NCBI RefSeq assembly: GCF_000284115.1
Contig: NC_017080.1
Location: forward strand, 90,001-122,000
DNA length: 32,000 bases
Direction: 5' to 3'
Source of the DNA: Phycisphaera mikurensis NBRC 102666
GTDB taxonomy: Bacteria > Planctomycetota > Phycisphaerae > Phycisphaerales > Phycisphaeraceae
The translations under genes and the position numbers were made by a program. The first letter of the stretch is position 1. The number at the start of each line of letters is the position of its first letter. The notes beneath the pieces were generated by a model. The model worked only from the letters and a program-made list of their open reading frames with translations, was not told the DNA's origin and made no database searches. Below, in pieces: positions 14,963 through 23,232 of the stretch.

Positions 14963-16330
14963 TCACGCGAAGATCGTCTGGTCGCGCCGCGGGCCGACCG
15001 AGGCCAGCGTCACCGGCACGCCGACGGCCTCGCTGATGAACGCCAGGTACCCACGGGCCGCCGCCGGGAGCTCGGCCATCGAGCGGCAGCCGGTGACGTC
15101 CTCGCCGAAGCCCGGCAGCGTCTTAAGCACCGGCTCCACGCGGCCCAGCGCGTCGGCGTCGGCGGGGTAGCCGCGGACCTCGGCACCGCTGGCACGGTCG
15201 ACGTACCCCGTGCACACCCGCAGCTCGGGCAGCCCGGCGAGCACGTCGAGCAGCATCACGGCCAGGCCGGTCGTGCCCGTGAGGCGGACGCTGTACCGCA
15301 GCGCGGCGAGGTCGAGCCAGCCGACGCGCCGCGGCCGGCCGGTGGTCGTGCCGTACTCCCGGCCGACCTCGCGGATGCGGTCGCCGGTGGCGTCGAGCAG
15401 CTCGGTGGGGAAGGGGCCGCCGCCGACGCGGGTCTGGTAGGCCTTCACCACGCCGAGGACGTGGGGCACGCGGTGGCCGGCCACGCCGGCGCCGGGGTGC
15501 AGGCCGAGGCTCGAGCAGTTCGAGCTGGTGATGTACGGGAAGGTGCCGTGGTCGACGTCGAGCAGCGTGGCGTTGGCGCCCTCGAAGAGCACCTCCTCGC
15601 CGGCGTCCATCTTCTCGTGCAGCAGGAACGAGGCGTCGCAGAGGTGCGGCGCGAGCGCTTCGGCGAGGGGGCGCAGCCAGTCGACGAGGACGCCGACGTC
15701 GACCGGCTCGTGCTCCACGCCCGCGAGGGCGGCCAGCCCCGCGAGCGTGGCCTCCTTCATCGGGCCGATCGCGTGGAGCTTCTCCGCGAGCGTGTCCACG
15801 TCCAGCAGCTCGCCGGCCCGCACGGCCGGGGCCCGCAGCGCCTTGTCGGCATAGGCGGGGCCGATGCCGCGGCCGGTCGTCCCGATGGCCCGGCCGACGC
15901 TCTGCATCGCCGCCTCCTGCAGCCGGTCCTGGGCCTTGTGCCAGGGCAGCACGAGGTGGGCCCGGTCCGAGATCTTCAGGTTCTTAGGCGTCACCGTCAG
16001 CCCCGCCTCCCGCAGGCCCGCGACCTCCCCGAGCAGCTTCTCGGGGTCGATGACCACGCCGTTGCCCAGCACGTTCACGGCGCGGCCGTGCAGGATGCCC
16101 GAGGGGATCAGGTGCAGCGCGTAGCGGCGGTCGCCGACCTCCACCGAGTGGCCGGCGTTCGCCCCGCCGTTGTAGCGCACCACCGCGTCGTACGAGCCGG
16201 CGAGCAGGTCGACGACCTTGCCTTTGCCCTCGTCGCCCCATTGCAGCCCGACGACGGCGGCGTTGCCCGCCGGCAGCGGGCGGTCGGCCGGGGCGGCGGC
16301 TTCGGGGGCAGTCGGGGCGTTCGCGCTCAT
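14963..16330 (-). CDS. purA: Adenylosuccinate synthase
   Basis: VVGLQWGDEGKGKVVDLL (P-loop), NGGANAGHS and GTTGRGIGPAY motifs across a full-length 455-aa ORF. Confidence 0.95.
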   Translation of the reverse strand: MSANAPTAPEAAAPADRPLPAGNAAVVGLQWGDEGKGKVVDLLAGSYDAVVRYNGGANAGHSVEVGDRRYALHLIPSGILHGRAVNVLGNGVVIDPEKLLGEVAGLREAGLTVTPKNLKISDRAHLVLPWHKAQDRLQEAAMQSVGRAIGTTGRGIGPAYADKALRAPAVRAGELLDVDTLAEKLHAIGPMKEATLAGLAALAGVEHEPVDVGVLVDWLRPLAEALAPHLCDASFLLHEKMDAGEEVLFEGANATLLDVDHGTFPYITSSNCSSLGLHPGAGVAGHRVPHVLGVVKAYQTRVGGGPFPTELLDATGDRIREVGREYGTTTGRPRRVGWLDLAALRYSVRLTGTTGLAVMLLDVLAGLPELRVCTGYVDRASGAEVRGYPADADALGRVEPVLKTLPGFGEDVTGCRSMAELPAAARGYLAFISEAVGVPVTLASVGPRRDQTIFA

Positions 16331-16401
16331 GGGGGTCGCGACTCTAAAGAGCGCGGGGCGCTGCGGCGACCCGGGCCCGCCCCGGGCTCGTAATCTGGGG
16401 C

Positions 16402-17070
16402 ATGGACCCGCTCCGCCTCGTCGTCGCCCTGGTCGCGCTCGTGCTCGTGGGCGGTTTCGCCTTCCTCGCCGCCAACGGCGAGCGTCAGGTGGACGCCGGC
16501 TCCGCCGTCGGCTTCGTGAGCGACGACGTCGCCGCGGCGTCGACGCGGGCCGAGGTCGACGGCGGTCCCGCCATCGCGTACACCGCCGTCGGCGTCGACC
16601 CGCTGCCCGGCGGCGTGCTGTCGGGGGGAGACGCCGAGGCCGACGGCGACAACGCCCAGCCGGTCTTCCCGGACCCCGCCGACAAGGTCCGCCTCACCGA
16701 CAAACAGTGGCGCGACCGCCTGTCCGCCGCCGCGTACCACGTGCTCCGGCGGTCCGGCACGGAGCGGCCCTTCTCCAGCCCGCTGGACGGCGTGAAGGAG
16801 CCCGGCTGGTTCACCTGCGCCGGGTGCGGGAACCTGCTCTTCGAGACGAAGACCAAGTACGACAGCGGCACCGGCTGGCCCAGCTTCTGGGCGCCGGTCG
16901 CCGCCCGCCACGTCGTCGAGGAGGAGGAGAGCGGTCTCGACACGCGGATCGAGGTGCGTTGCGCCCGCTGCGACGGCCACCTCGGCCACGTGTTCCAAGA
17001 CGGCCCGCGCGAGGAGACCGGGCTGCGCTACTGCATGAACGGCGTGGCGATGGCGTTCACCGCGAAGTGA
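16402..17070 (+). CDS. msrB: Peptide-methionine (R)-S-oxide reductase MsrB with an N-terminal TM anchor/signal and a ~95-aa linker
   Basis: SelR domain with two CxxC zinc pairs (CAGCGN, CARCDGHLGHVF), GTGWPSF, and the catalytic RYCMNG. The N-terminus is MDPLRLVVALVALVLVGGFAFLAA. Confidence 0.9.
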   Translation: MDPLRLVVALVALVLVGGFAFLAANGERQVDAGSAVGFVSDDVAAASTRAEVDGGPAIAYTAVGVDPLPGGVLSGGDAEADGDNAQPVFPDPADKVRLTDKQWRDRLSAAAYHVLRRSGTERPFSSPLDGVKEPGWFTCAGCGNLLFETKTKYDSGTGWPSFWAPVAARHVVEEEESGLDTRIEVRCARCDGHLGHVFQDGPREETGLRYCMNGVAMAFTAK

Positions 17071-17185
17071 ACTGCACCGGCGCGGCCGGCGCGGCCGACG
17101 CGTCACGCCGCGGCTGGCGTCGCCGCGGGCCCGCTTGGGCCCCCGCCCGCTCCCGCACCCGCTGGTTCTTCTACGTTCAAGCCCC

Positions 17186-17620
17186 TTGCCGCTCACCTGC
17201 TCCAAGACCTTCGGGCCGATCCCGATCGCGCACCGCCAGCACCGCCACCCCGGCCGGTGCCGGCTGGTCCACGGCCACGGCTGGACGGTCCGCGTCACCT
17301 TCGGCTGCGAGCGGCCCGACCCCAACGGCTTCGTGGTCGACTTCGGCGGGCTGCGGGCCTTCGACGACTGGCTCGACGAGAACCTCGACCACGGGATCCT
17401 GCTCTCGCGGGAGGACGAGGCCGGGCGGGCGATGGTCGAGGCGGCCCCGGAGCTCTTCAAGGTCACCTGGCTCGGGGTTGCCAGCTGCGAGGGCCTGGCC
17501 GCGGAGCTGATGCGGGTGTTCGGCGAGCTTCTGCACGCGAGCGAGGGCGACCGGGCGTGGATCGAGCGGATCGACGTGTGGGAAGACGACGCGAACCGCG
17601 TGACGCTCACCCGCGGCTGA
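17186..17620 (+). CDS. queD: 6-carboxytetrahydropterin synthase / 6-pyruvoyl-tetrahydropterin synthase family (QueD-like)
   Basis: IAHRQHRHPGRCRLVHGHGW carries the His/Cys/HGH zinc and active-site pattern, with FVVDFGGL also present. The start was set to the in-frame TTG at 17186 because that N-terminal length matches QueD; the track start at 17135 is also a TTG. Confidence 0.78.
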   Translation: MPLTCSKTFGPIPIAHRQHRHPGRCRLVHGHGWTVRVTFGCERPDPNGFVVDFGGLRAFDDWLDENLDHGILLSREDEAGRAMVEAAPELFKVTWLGVASCEGLAAELMRVFGELLHASEGDRAWIERIDVWEDDANRVTLTRG

Positions 17621-17674
17621 GCGGCGTCCGGACCCGCGGCAGACCCTCGGCGGGCGGCGGGTACCGTCCCGCCC

Positions 17675-18898
17675 ATGCCTTTCGACTCCGGCCGCGTCAC
17701 CTTCTGCCGCCTCGCCTGCCTCGGCGACGGCCCCGACCGGGTGGATGATGCGCTGCTGTCGGTCCTCAACGAGCACCGCTTCGAGGAGGCCCCGCCGGCG
17801 GGGCCCGACGACGTGGACAGCGGCTTCGTCACGCCGCTGCACATGCTCGACACGCGCTTCACCTACGAGAAGTGCGGCTTCGGGGAGGGTTCCACGCTCG
17901 CGCTGATCGGCGTGCGGGTGGACCGGCACCAGGTGCCGGCGGAGATCAAGCGGGCGTACCGGATCATGAACGAGCAGGCGGCGGCCACGGGCAACCCCTC
18001 CGGCTTCGCCACCAAGGGCCAGAAGGCCGAGGCCGCGGAGATGGCCGCCGGCCAGGTGAACGAGGACCTCGCCCGCGGCGTCTACCGCAAGAGCAAGGTG
18101 GTGCCGCTGCTGTGGGACCTGCCCCACCGCCGGCTCTTCTGCGGGGCGACCTCGGGCACCCCGCAGGAGGAGGTCGTCAAGCTGTTCCGCACGGCCTTCG
18201 GGCTCGACCTGCAGGTCGAATCCTCGGGCGCTGCCGTCGGCCGGATCCTCCGCGACACCGGCCGCACCCGCGACCACGAGGACCTCGCCCCCTCGGCATT
18301 CACGAAGCCGCCCGCCGAAGGCGGCGCCGACGACCGGAGCCAGGTGGGCGGCGCCAGCGGCGGCGCCGGCACGCCGCCGGTGCCCTGGACGGCCAAGGCG
18401 GTCGACCTCAAGGACTTCCTCGGCAACGAGTTCGCGCTGTGGCTGTGGTGGAAGACCGAGACCGGCGGCTCGGGCCTGGACACCTCCGCCGGCGAGGTCC
18501 ACGCCCTGCTGAACACGGCGCTGGACCTGGACTGCGCGTGGGGGCTCACCGGCCGCGCGAGCCTCCGCGGCGACGGGCCCACGCGCATGCGCGAGGCGGG
18601 CGAGGCGCTGAAGCTGGGCAAGTGGCCCCGCAAGCTGGGCCTGCACCTGGCCGACGCCGAGGAGGCCTACGAGTTCACGCTCGCCGCCGACCCCTTCGTC
18701 GTGTCCGCGGCGCGGCTGCCCGAGGTCGAGGACGCGCAGAGCCCGCGCGAGGTGGTCGAGGCCCGCCTCCAGCGGGTGACCCACCTGGGCTCGCTGCTGG
18801 ACGCGGTGTTCGACGCCTTCCTGCGGAGGCGGCTCGGCGGCGGGTGGAAGACCGACCGGGAGAAGATGCGGGAGTGGATCCAGGCGCGGGGGAGGTGA
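17675..18898 (+). CDS. Conserved hypothetical protein, distantly RdgC-like (recombination-associated protein family), 407 aa
   Basis: Collinear resemblance to E. coli RdgC as I recall it: N-terminal G-R-V-T-F-C-R-L versus KNLMVYRL, a Lys/Glu-rich helix (KGQKAEAAEMAAGQVNEDL), then VVPLLWDLPHRRLFCGATS...VVKLFRTAFG. This is a motif-level judgement only. Confidence 0.5.
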   Translation: MPFDSGRVTFCRLACLGDGPDRVDDALLSVLNEHRFEEAPPAGPDDVDSGFVTPLHMLDTRFTYEKCGFGEGSTLALIGVRVDRHQVPAEIKRAYRIMNEQAAATGNPSGFATKGQKAEAAEMAAGQVNEDLARGVYRKSKVVPLLWDLPHRRLFCGATSGTPQEEVVKLFRTAFGLDLQVESSGAAVGRILRDTGRTRDHEDLAPSAFTKPPAEGGADDRSQVGGASGGAGTPPVPWTAKAVDLKDFLGNEFALWLWWKTETGGSGLDTSAGEVHALLNTALDLDCAWGLTGRASLRGDGPTRMREAGEALKLGKWPRKLGLHLADAEEAYEFTLAADPFVVSAARLPEVEDAQSPREVVEARLQRVTHLGSLLDAVFDAFLRRRLGGGWKTDREKMREWIQARGR

Positions 18899-18974
18899 GC
18901 GGCCGGTCGGCTCGCTGCGGGTCCATCCCGGCGGGCGGCGGACGCTCCGGGTTCGCGCCGCGTCGCCGCGACGC

Positions 18975-19709
18975 TCAGAGCGGCTCCGCTTTGGGCATCC
19001 CCGGCGCCCGCGGGTACTTCTTGGGCGTCGCGGAAGCCTTCACGACGCTCACCACCACCAGGTCGTTCCCGAAGCCCTCGGGGTAGGCGTCGAAGACGGC
19101 GACCTCGCCGGCGCCCAGGCGGTGGAGGGCCTCGCCGGAATCCCGCAGCTCCTGCTCGGCCCGCGGGCCCTTCATGCAGAGGCTGCGGCCCCCGACGGCG
19201 ACCAGCGGGAGCGTGAGCTCGAGGATGACCGGCATCGGCCCCACGGCGCGGCTGACGGCGAGGCCGTAGCGCTCGCGGAGGGCCGGGTCGCGGCCGGCGG
19301 TCTCGGCGCGGGCGTTGAGCACGGCGACGTTGGCGAGGCCCAGGGCGGCGGCGGTTTCCTCGAGGAAGCGTGCCTTCTTGCCCGTGGCCTCGAGCAGCGT
19401 GAAGGAGAGGTCCGGCCGGGTGATCGCCAGCGGGATCCCCGGCAGGCCGCCGCCGGAGCCGACGTCGATCACGCCGGTCGGCAGCTCGCCCGCGTCGGCT
19501 CCGGCCCCGGGCAGGCCGGGCAACGCGGTCAGCGCGTCGACCAGCAGGCGGAGCCACGCGGCGTCGTGCTCCCGCACGGCGGTGAGGTTCATCCGCTGGT
19601 TCACCTCCAGCAGACGGTGGAGGTAGGCGTCGAGCGTCTCCAGCGCGGCGTCGGGAACGCCGAGCTCCAGCCGCGTGAGCGCGGCGCGGGCCGCTTCGGG
19701 GATGGGCAT
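18975..19709 (-). CDS. rsmG: 16S rRNA (guanine527-N7)-methyltransferase RsmG (GidB)
   Basis: NQRMNLTAV, the SAM-binding VIDVGSGGGLPGIPLAI, and LLEATGKKARFL motifs in a full-length 244-aa ORF. Confidence 0.9.
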   Translation of the reverse strand: MPIPEAARAALTRLELGVPDAALETLDAYLHRLLEVNQRMNLTAVREHDAAWLRLLVDALTALPGLPGAGADAGELPTGVIDVGSGGGLPGIPLAITRPDLSFTLLEATGKKARFLEETAAALGLANVAVLNARAETAGRDPALRERYGLAVSRAVGPMPVILELTLPLVAVGGRSLCMKGPRAEQELRDSGEALHRLGAGEVAVFDAYPEGFGNDLVVVSVVKASATPKKYPRAPGMPKAEPL

Positions 19710-19802
19710 CGGCGGACCCTACCGGGCTCGGAGCGGTGCCCGATTGGCGTAAGGTGCGGGCTTCGCCCGCGGGCGTCACCTGTTCTCTGCCGCCGCCGCA
19801 CC

Positions 19803-21473
19803 ATGCCCGACGCCCCGCCCCCGACCGAGCCCACCGAGAACGACGAGCACGGGGGGCTCCGGCCCGGGAGCGCCCACGCGGGGCGAGCGGCCGACCCGTA
19901 CCTCGCGGAGGAGGAGCCCTCAGCGGGAGAGCAGCCCTCAGCGGCGGAGGAGCCCTCAGCGGAAGCAGCGCCCTCGGCGGATGCCGCGGGGGCGGAGGCC
20001 GATCCAGCCGCCGCGGCGTCCGGCGGCCAGGCGCCGCCACCGGGCACCGGGTCGCTCCCCGGAAGCGCCGCCGGGCCCGCGGACGCGGCCGGGCGTGCGC
20101 CGACGCTGGAGGACGGGGGCGACGACGCCGAGGAGGAAGACGACGACGCTTCCGCGTTGCTCGCCGACGCCGCCGAGGCGCTCGTGGGCGGAGCGACCGG
20201 TGCCGCCGCCGACCCCGGGGCCGATCCCGAGGCGCCGGCCGATCCTCCCCCCGCCCCCGCCCCGCTCACTCCGGCCCAGCGGGAGCAGGCGGTGGTCGCG
20301 GCCGCCAACCGCCGCAGGCAGCAGCTGGTGATCGCCGGATGGCTTCAGCGGGCGGGGATCGCCTGCACGCTCGTGCTCCTGGTGCTCGCGGCCGCGGTGT
20401 ACGTCGCCCGCCGCACCACGGCCGACGCCGCATGGACGGCGCACCTGGCCTGGCTCGCGGTCACGCTGCCGCTGATCGCCTGGGCGCTGTACCACACGAC
20501 GGCGCGGAGCGCCCCGCCCGCCGAGCGGCTGCGGACGCAGGTCGAGCGGGAGCTCCGCCGGCGCGACGAGCTGCCCCTGGAGCCGACGCGGGCCGCGTCG
20601 CGGACGCCCGTCGCCGGCACGCTGGCCGCCGGCGCCGCGGCGCTGCTGGTGGTGCTCGCGGGCGCGGTGCCGGTGGCGCGGCCCCGGCTCGAGCAGGCGG
20701 CCAGCACCGTCACCCGCCAGGCGCTGGGCGTGGAGAGCAAGGCCGAGGCGCTGCGCAACGCCGGGGTGGCCGGCGACGGGGCCGCCGGCGTGAGGGAGCA
20801 GATCCGCGGGCTCGCCACCCCGCCGCGCAGCTTCGAGGAGGCGGCGCGGCAGCAGGTGGGCCTCGCCCGCATCGAGGCGGACCTCGACGCCGCCGCCCAC
20901 CGCGTCGCCGAGCGGGCGGAAGCGGCCATCGCCCCGGCCAACGCCGCCGCCGCCCTCGCGGCCGCCTTCGACCTCACCCCGCCGCCGCCGCCGGTCGCGC
21001 CCGACCCGCCCGCACCGGACCCCGACGCCGAGCCCGAGCCCGAGCCCGGAGCCGGCGACGCGGCGCCCGCGGCACCCCCGCCGCCCCGCCCCGGCGGCCT
21101 GCCCCCGGGCGCCGCGACGGCGCTGCTCACGCTGGCGGAGCAGTCGGTCGGCGACGGCCTCGCCGCGGGCGGCGAGGCGTCCGCCTCGCTTCCCGGGGGC
21201 GTCGCGGCTTCGCTGCGGCAAGCCGAAGCGGCGGGGGAGCCGCCGCCCGCGGCGACCCTCGCCGAGGTCACCCGCTTCGTTCTGGACCGCCGCGCCGCCC
21301 ACGACAAGCTGCTGCAGCGGCTCGCCGAGGGCGGCTTCGCCACCGGCGCGGCGGTGGCGGTCACGCGGACCGACCCCGGGCGGATCGATTCCCAGGCCTT
21401 GGCTGCGGCGCTTCGCGGCCTCGACACCGTGGACGCCGACGCCGTGCTGGCCGCCTGCGCGACGCTCCGCTGA
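19803..21473 (+). CDS. Hypothetical membrane protein (556 aa): acidic/Pro-rich disordered N-terminus, 3 predicted TM helices, Ala-rich C-terminal domain
   Basis: Track ORF 19122..21473 trimmed to ATG 19803; the upstream part is antisense to rsmG. TM candidates are GIACTLVLLVLAAAVYVA, LAWLAVTLPLIAWALY and LAAGAAALLVVLAGAV. I recognise no family. Confidence 0.65.
   Translation: MPDAPPPTEPTENDEHGGLRPGSAHAGRAADPYLAEEEPSAGEQPSAAEEPSAEAAPSADAAGAEADPAAAASGGQAPPPGTGSLPGSAAGPADAAGRAPTLEDGGDDAEEEDDDASALLADAAEALVGGATGAAADPGADPEAPADPPPAPAPLTPAQREQAVVAAANRRRQQLVIAGWLQRAGIACTLVLLVLAAAVYVARRTTADAAWTAHLAWLAVTLPLIAWALYHTTARSAPPAERLRTQVERELRRRDELPLEPTRAASRTPVAGTLAAGAAALLVVLAGAVPVARPRLEQAASTVTRQALGVESKAEALRNAGVAGDGAAGVREQIRGLATPPRSFEEAARQQVGLARIEADLDAAAHRVAERAEAAIAPANAAAALAAAFDLTPPPPPVAPDPPAPDPDAEPEPEPGAGDAAPAAPPPPRPGGLPPGAATALLTLAEQSVGDGLAAGGEASASLPGGVAASLRQAEAAGEPPPAATLAEVTRFVLDRRAAHDKLLQRLAEGGFATGAAVAVTRTDPGRIDSQALAAALRGLDTVDADAVLAACATLR
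19911..19982 (+). repeat. Four in-frame tandem 18-bp units (GAGGAGCCCTCAGCGGGA-like) encoding EEPSAG/EQPSAA/EEPSAE/AAPSAD
   Basis: Units at 19911-19928, 19929-19946, 19947-19964 and 19965-19982, read directly. They are in phase with the CDS starting at 19803. Confidence 0.85.
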
Positions 21474-21499
21474 GCATCCGGCGCGGAAGCGAGCCGCCG

Positions 21500-22987
21500 T
21501 CAGCTCGCCCGCGCCACCGCCCGCACCCGCGGGCCGATCACCTCCTGCCAGAGGATCTTCACGCACGCCGCGAAGGGGATCGCCAGCAGCAGCCCCAGCA
21601 GCCCGGCGACGGCGCCGCCGGCGAGCACGACCAGCAACACCGTGAGGGCATCGAGGTTGGTCGCCTTGCCCTGCACGAGCGGCTCGATCACCCAGGCGTC
21701 GAGCCCCTGGCCGAACCCGTACACCAGCGTCGGCCCCAGCACCGCCCACCAGAGCGTGGGGCCGTCCTCCACCGCGATGCCGCTCATCACCGAGAGCCCC
21801 ACCGCGATCGGCCAGACGATCGCCCCGGCGTAGGGCACCAGGCCCAGGATCCCGCCGGCGATGCCCAGGATCAGCCCGCCGGGGGTGCCGGCCAGCGTGA
21901 AGCCGACGCTGAGCACGATCGCCAGCAGCGTCGCCTGGATCAGCCGGCCGCGGAGGAACGCGGCGACCGAGCGGTCCATCCGCACCGCCACGGCGATGAT
22001 CTCATCGCGGTGCGAGGCCGGCAGGTACGGCATCCACCAGGCGACGAAGGCCGGCCACTTCCACACCGCGAAGAAGAAGCAGAAGCAGACCACCAGCGTC
22101 GCGACCGTGAGGTAGCCGGCGAGGCCGAGCAGGCCGATGATCGTGCTGGCGCCGACGTCGAGCACGGCGAAGCCCGTGGAGGAGATCGTCGACAGCTCCA
22201 TCGACCGCAGCCGATCGAGGAGGCGGCTGAGCACGCCGGAGGACGAGCCGCTTCCCTCCTCGCTCAGGCCATCGGATTCGCGGTGCAGCTCGCCGTCCAT
22301 CACCAGCAGCCCGCCGTCGGGTCCGGCGTCGAGCAGCGTCGCCGGGGGTGCCTCCGCGTCCGCGTCCGCTTCGACCCGCACCTCCACGGCGCTTCCCGCC
22401 CCCGGGTCCGCCGCGTCGTTCTCGCCGGGCACCGCCTCCGCCGCGTCGGCCTCGGGGAGCACCGCCGCCACGGCCTGGTCGAGGTCGCCGTGGGCCGCCC
22501 CCTCGATCACCTCCTTGGCCGCGTCGGGGATCTCCAGGTACTCCCCCGCCGCCTCCGTCGTCGCCTCGATGTACGCGGGGATGTCGCGGAGCAGGCCCTG
22601 GGCCTGGCCGATCACCGGGCCGGTGAGCCAGGCGAAGGCGAGCGCCAGCAGCCCGAAGAACCACAGCAGCAGCGCCGCCGCCGAGAACACCCGCGGCATG
22701 CGGTGCCTGCGGCTCGCCCAGGTCACCAGCGGGTTGACGGCGTAGGCCAGCCCAAGACCGATGAGGACCGGCAGCAGCACCGGCCGGGTCATGTAGACCA
22801 GCTCGAACACCGGCGGCAGCACGTACGACGCCACCGCCAGCGCGACGAGCCCGCCGAGCAGCACCTGGAACCACCGCAGCCGCCACACCGGCGTCGCCGG
22901 CTCGCCCATCGGGTCGAGCCCGGCGAGCACCCCGCCGCGGGGGGCGGCGGGCGACTCGGATTCCCGCCTCGGGGCTGGCTCGCTCAT
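21500..22987 (-). CDS. AI-2E family transporter (PerM/UPF0118), with a long acidic loop insertion
   Basis: C-terminal core FLRGRLIQATLLAIVLSVGFTLAG...LGLVPYAGAIVWPIAV...GLLGLLLAIPFAACVKIL is typical of the AI-2E family. At 495 aa it is longer than the ~350 aa I recall as typical. Confidence 0.82.
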   Translation of the reverse strand: MSEPAPRRESESPAAPRGGVLAGLDPMGEPATPVWRLRWFQVLLGGLVALAVASYVLPPVFELVYMTRPVLLPVLIGLGLAYAVNPLVTWASRRHRMPRVFSAAALLLWFFGLLALAFAWLTGPVIGQAQGLLRDIPAYIEATTEAAGEYLEIPDAAKEVIEGAAHGDLDQAVAAVLPEADAAEAVPGENDAADPGAGSAVEVRVEADADAEAPPATLLDAGPDGGLLVMDGELHRESDGLSEEGSGSSSGVLSRLLDRLRSMELSTISSTGFAVLDVGASTIIGLLGLAGYLTVATLVVCFCFFFAVWKWPAFVAWWMPYLPASHRDEIIAVAVRMDRSVAAFLRGRLIQATLLAIVLSVGFTLAGTPGGLILGIAGGILGLVPYAGAIVWPIAVGLSVMSGIAVEDGPTLWWAVLGPTLVYGFGQGLDAWVIEPLVQGKATNLDALTVLLVVLAGGAVAGLLGLLLAIPFAACVKILWQEVIGPRVRAVARAS

Positions 22988-23024
22988 GCGGCAACGCTAC
23001 CGGGAACCGCTCTGTGGCAGCTCA

Positions 23025-23098
23025 TGGACGATCTCGGGCTCGAACCGAGGACCTTTCCGGTGTAAACGGAACGCTCTGGCCAGCTGAGCTAATCGTCC
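23025..23098 (-). tRNA. tRNA-Val (anticodon TAC)
   Basis: Manual reverse complement: GGACGAT TA GCTC AGCTGGCCA GAGC G TTCCG TTTACAC CGGAA AGGTC CTCGG TTCGAGC CCGAG ATCGTCC A. This is a perfect cloverleaf of 74 nt with a GTTCGAG T-loop; CCA is not encoded. Confidence 0.93.
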
Positions 23099-23232
23099 GG
23101 CACGCGGATGATGCCAGATCGTGCGCCCGGTCGCGGCTTCGGGCCGCCTCGGGTTCAACCAGCTTCTACATCGACGGAGTCGATGAGCCACCTTTGGGCG
23201 TCGGCCTGCAGGTCCGCGGCCGCGTCGTCGCG

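Noticed and set aside
11095-23065. Giant ORFs 11095..13974(+) upstream part, 12127..14898(-), 19736..23065(+), 19956..21749(-) and 18667..20040(-)
   Set aside because: Only the 3' third of 11095..13974 (from ATG 12466) is gltX. The rest, and the other ORFs, are Arg/Pro/Gly shadow frames overlapping ALDH, gltX/uppS, rsmG, the hypothetical membrane protein and the AI-2E transporter.
22988-23232. tRNA-Val flanks as a possible genomic-island integration site (sulfotransferase next door)
   Set aside because: There is no integrase or recombinase, I found no duplicated tRNA 3' end, and the neighbouring genes show no compositional shift.
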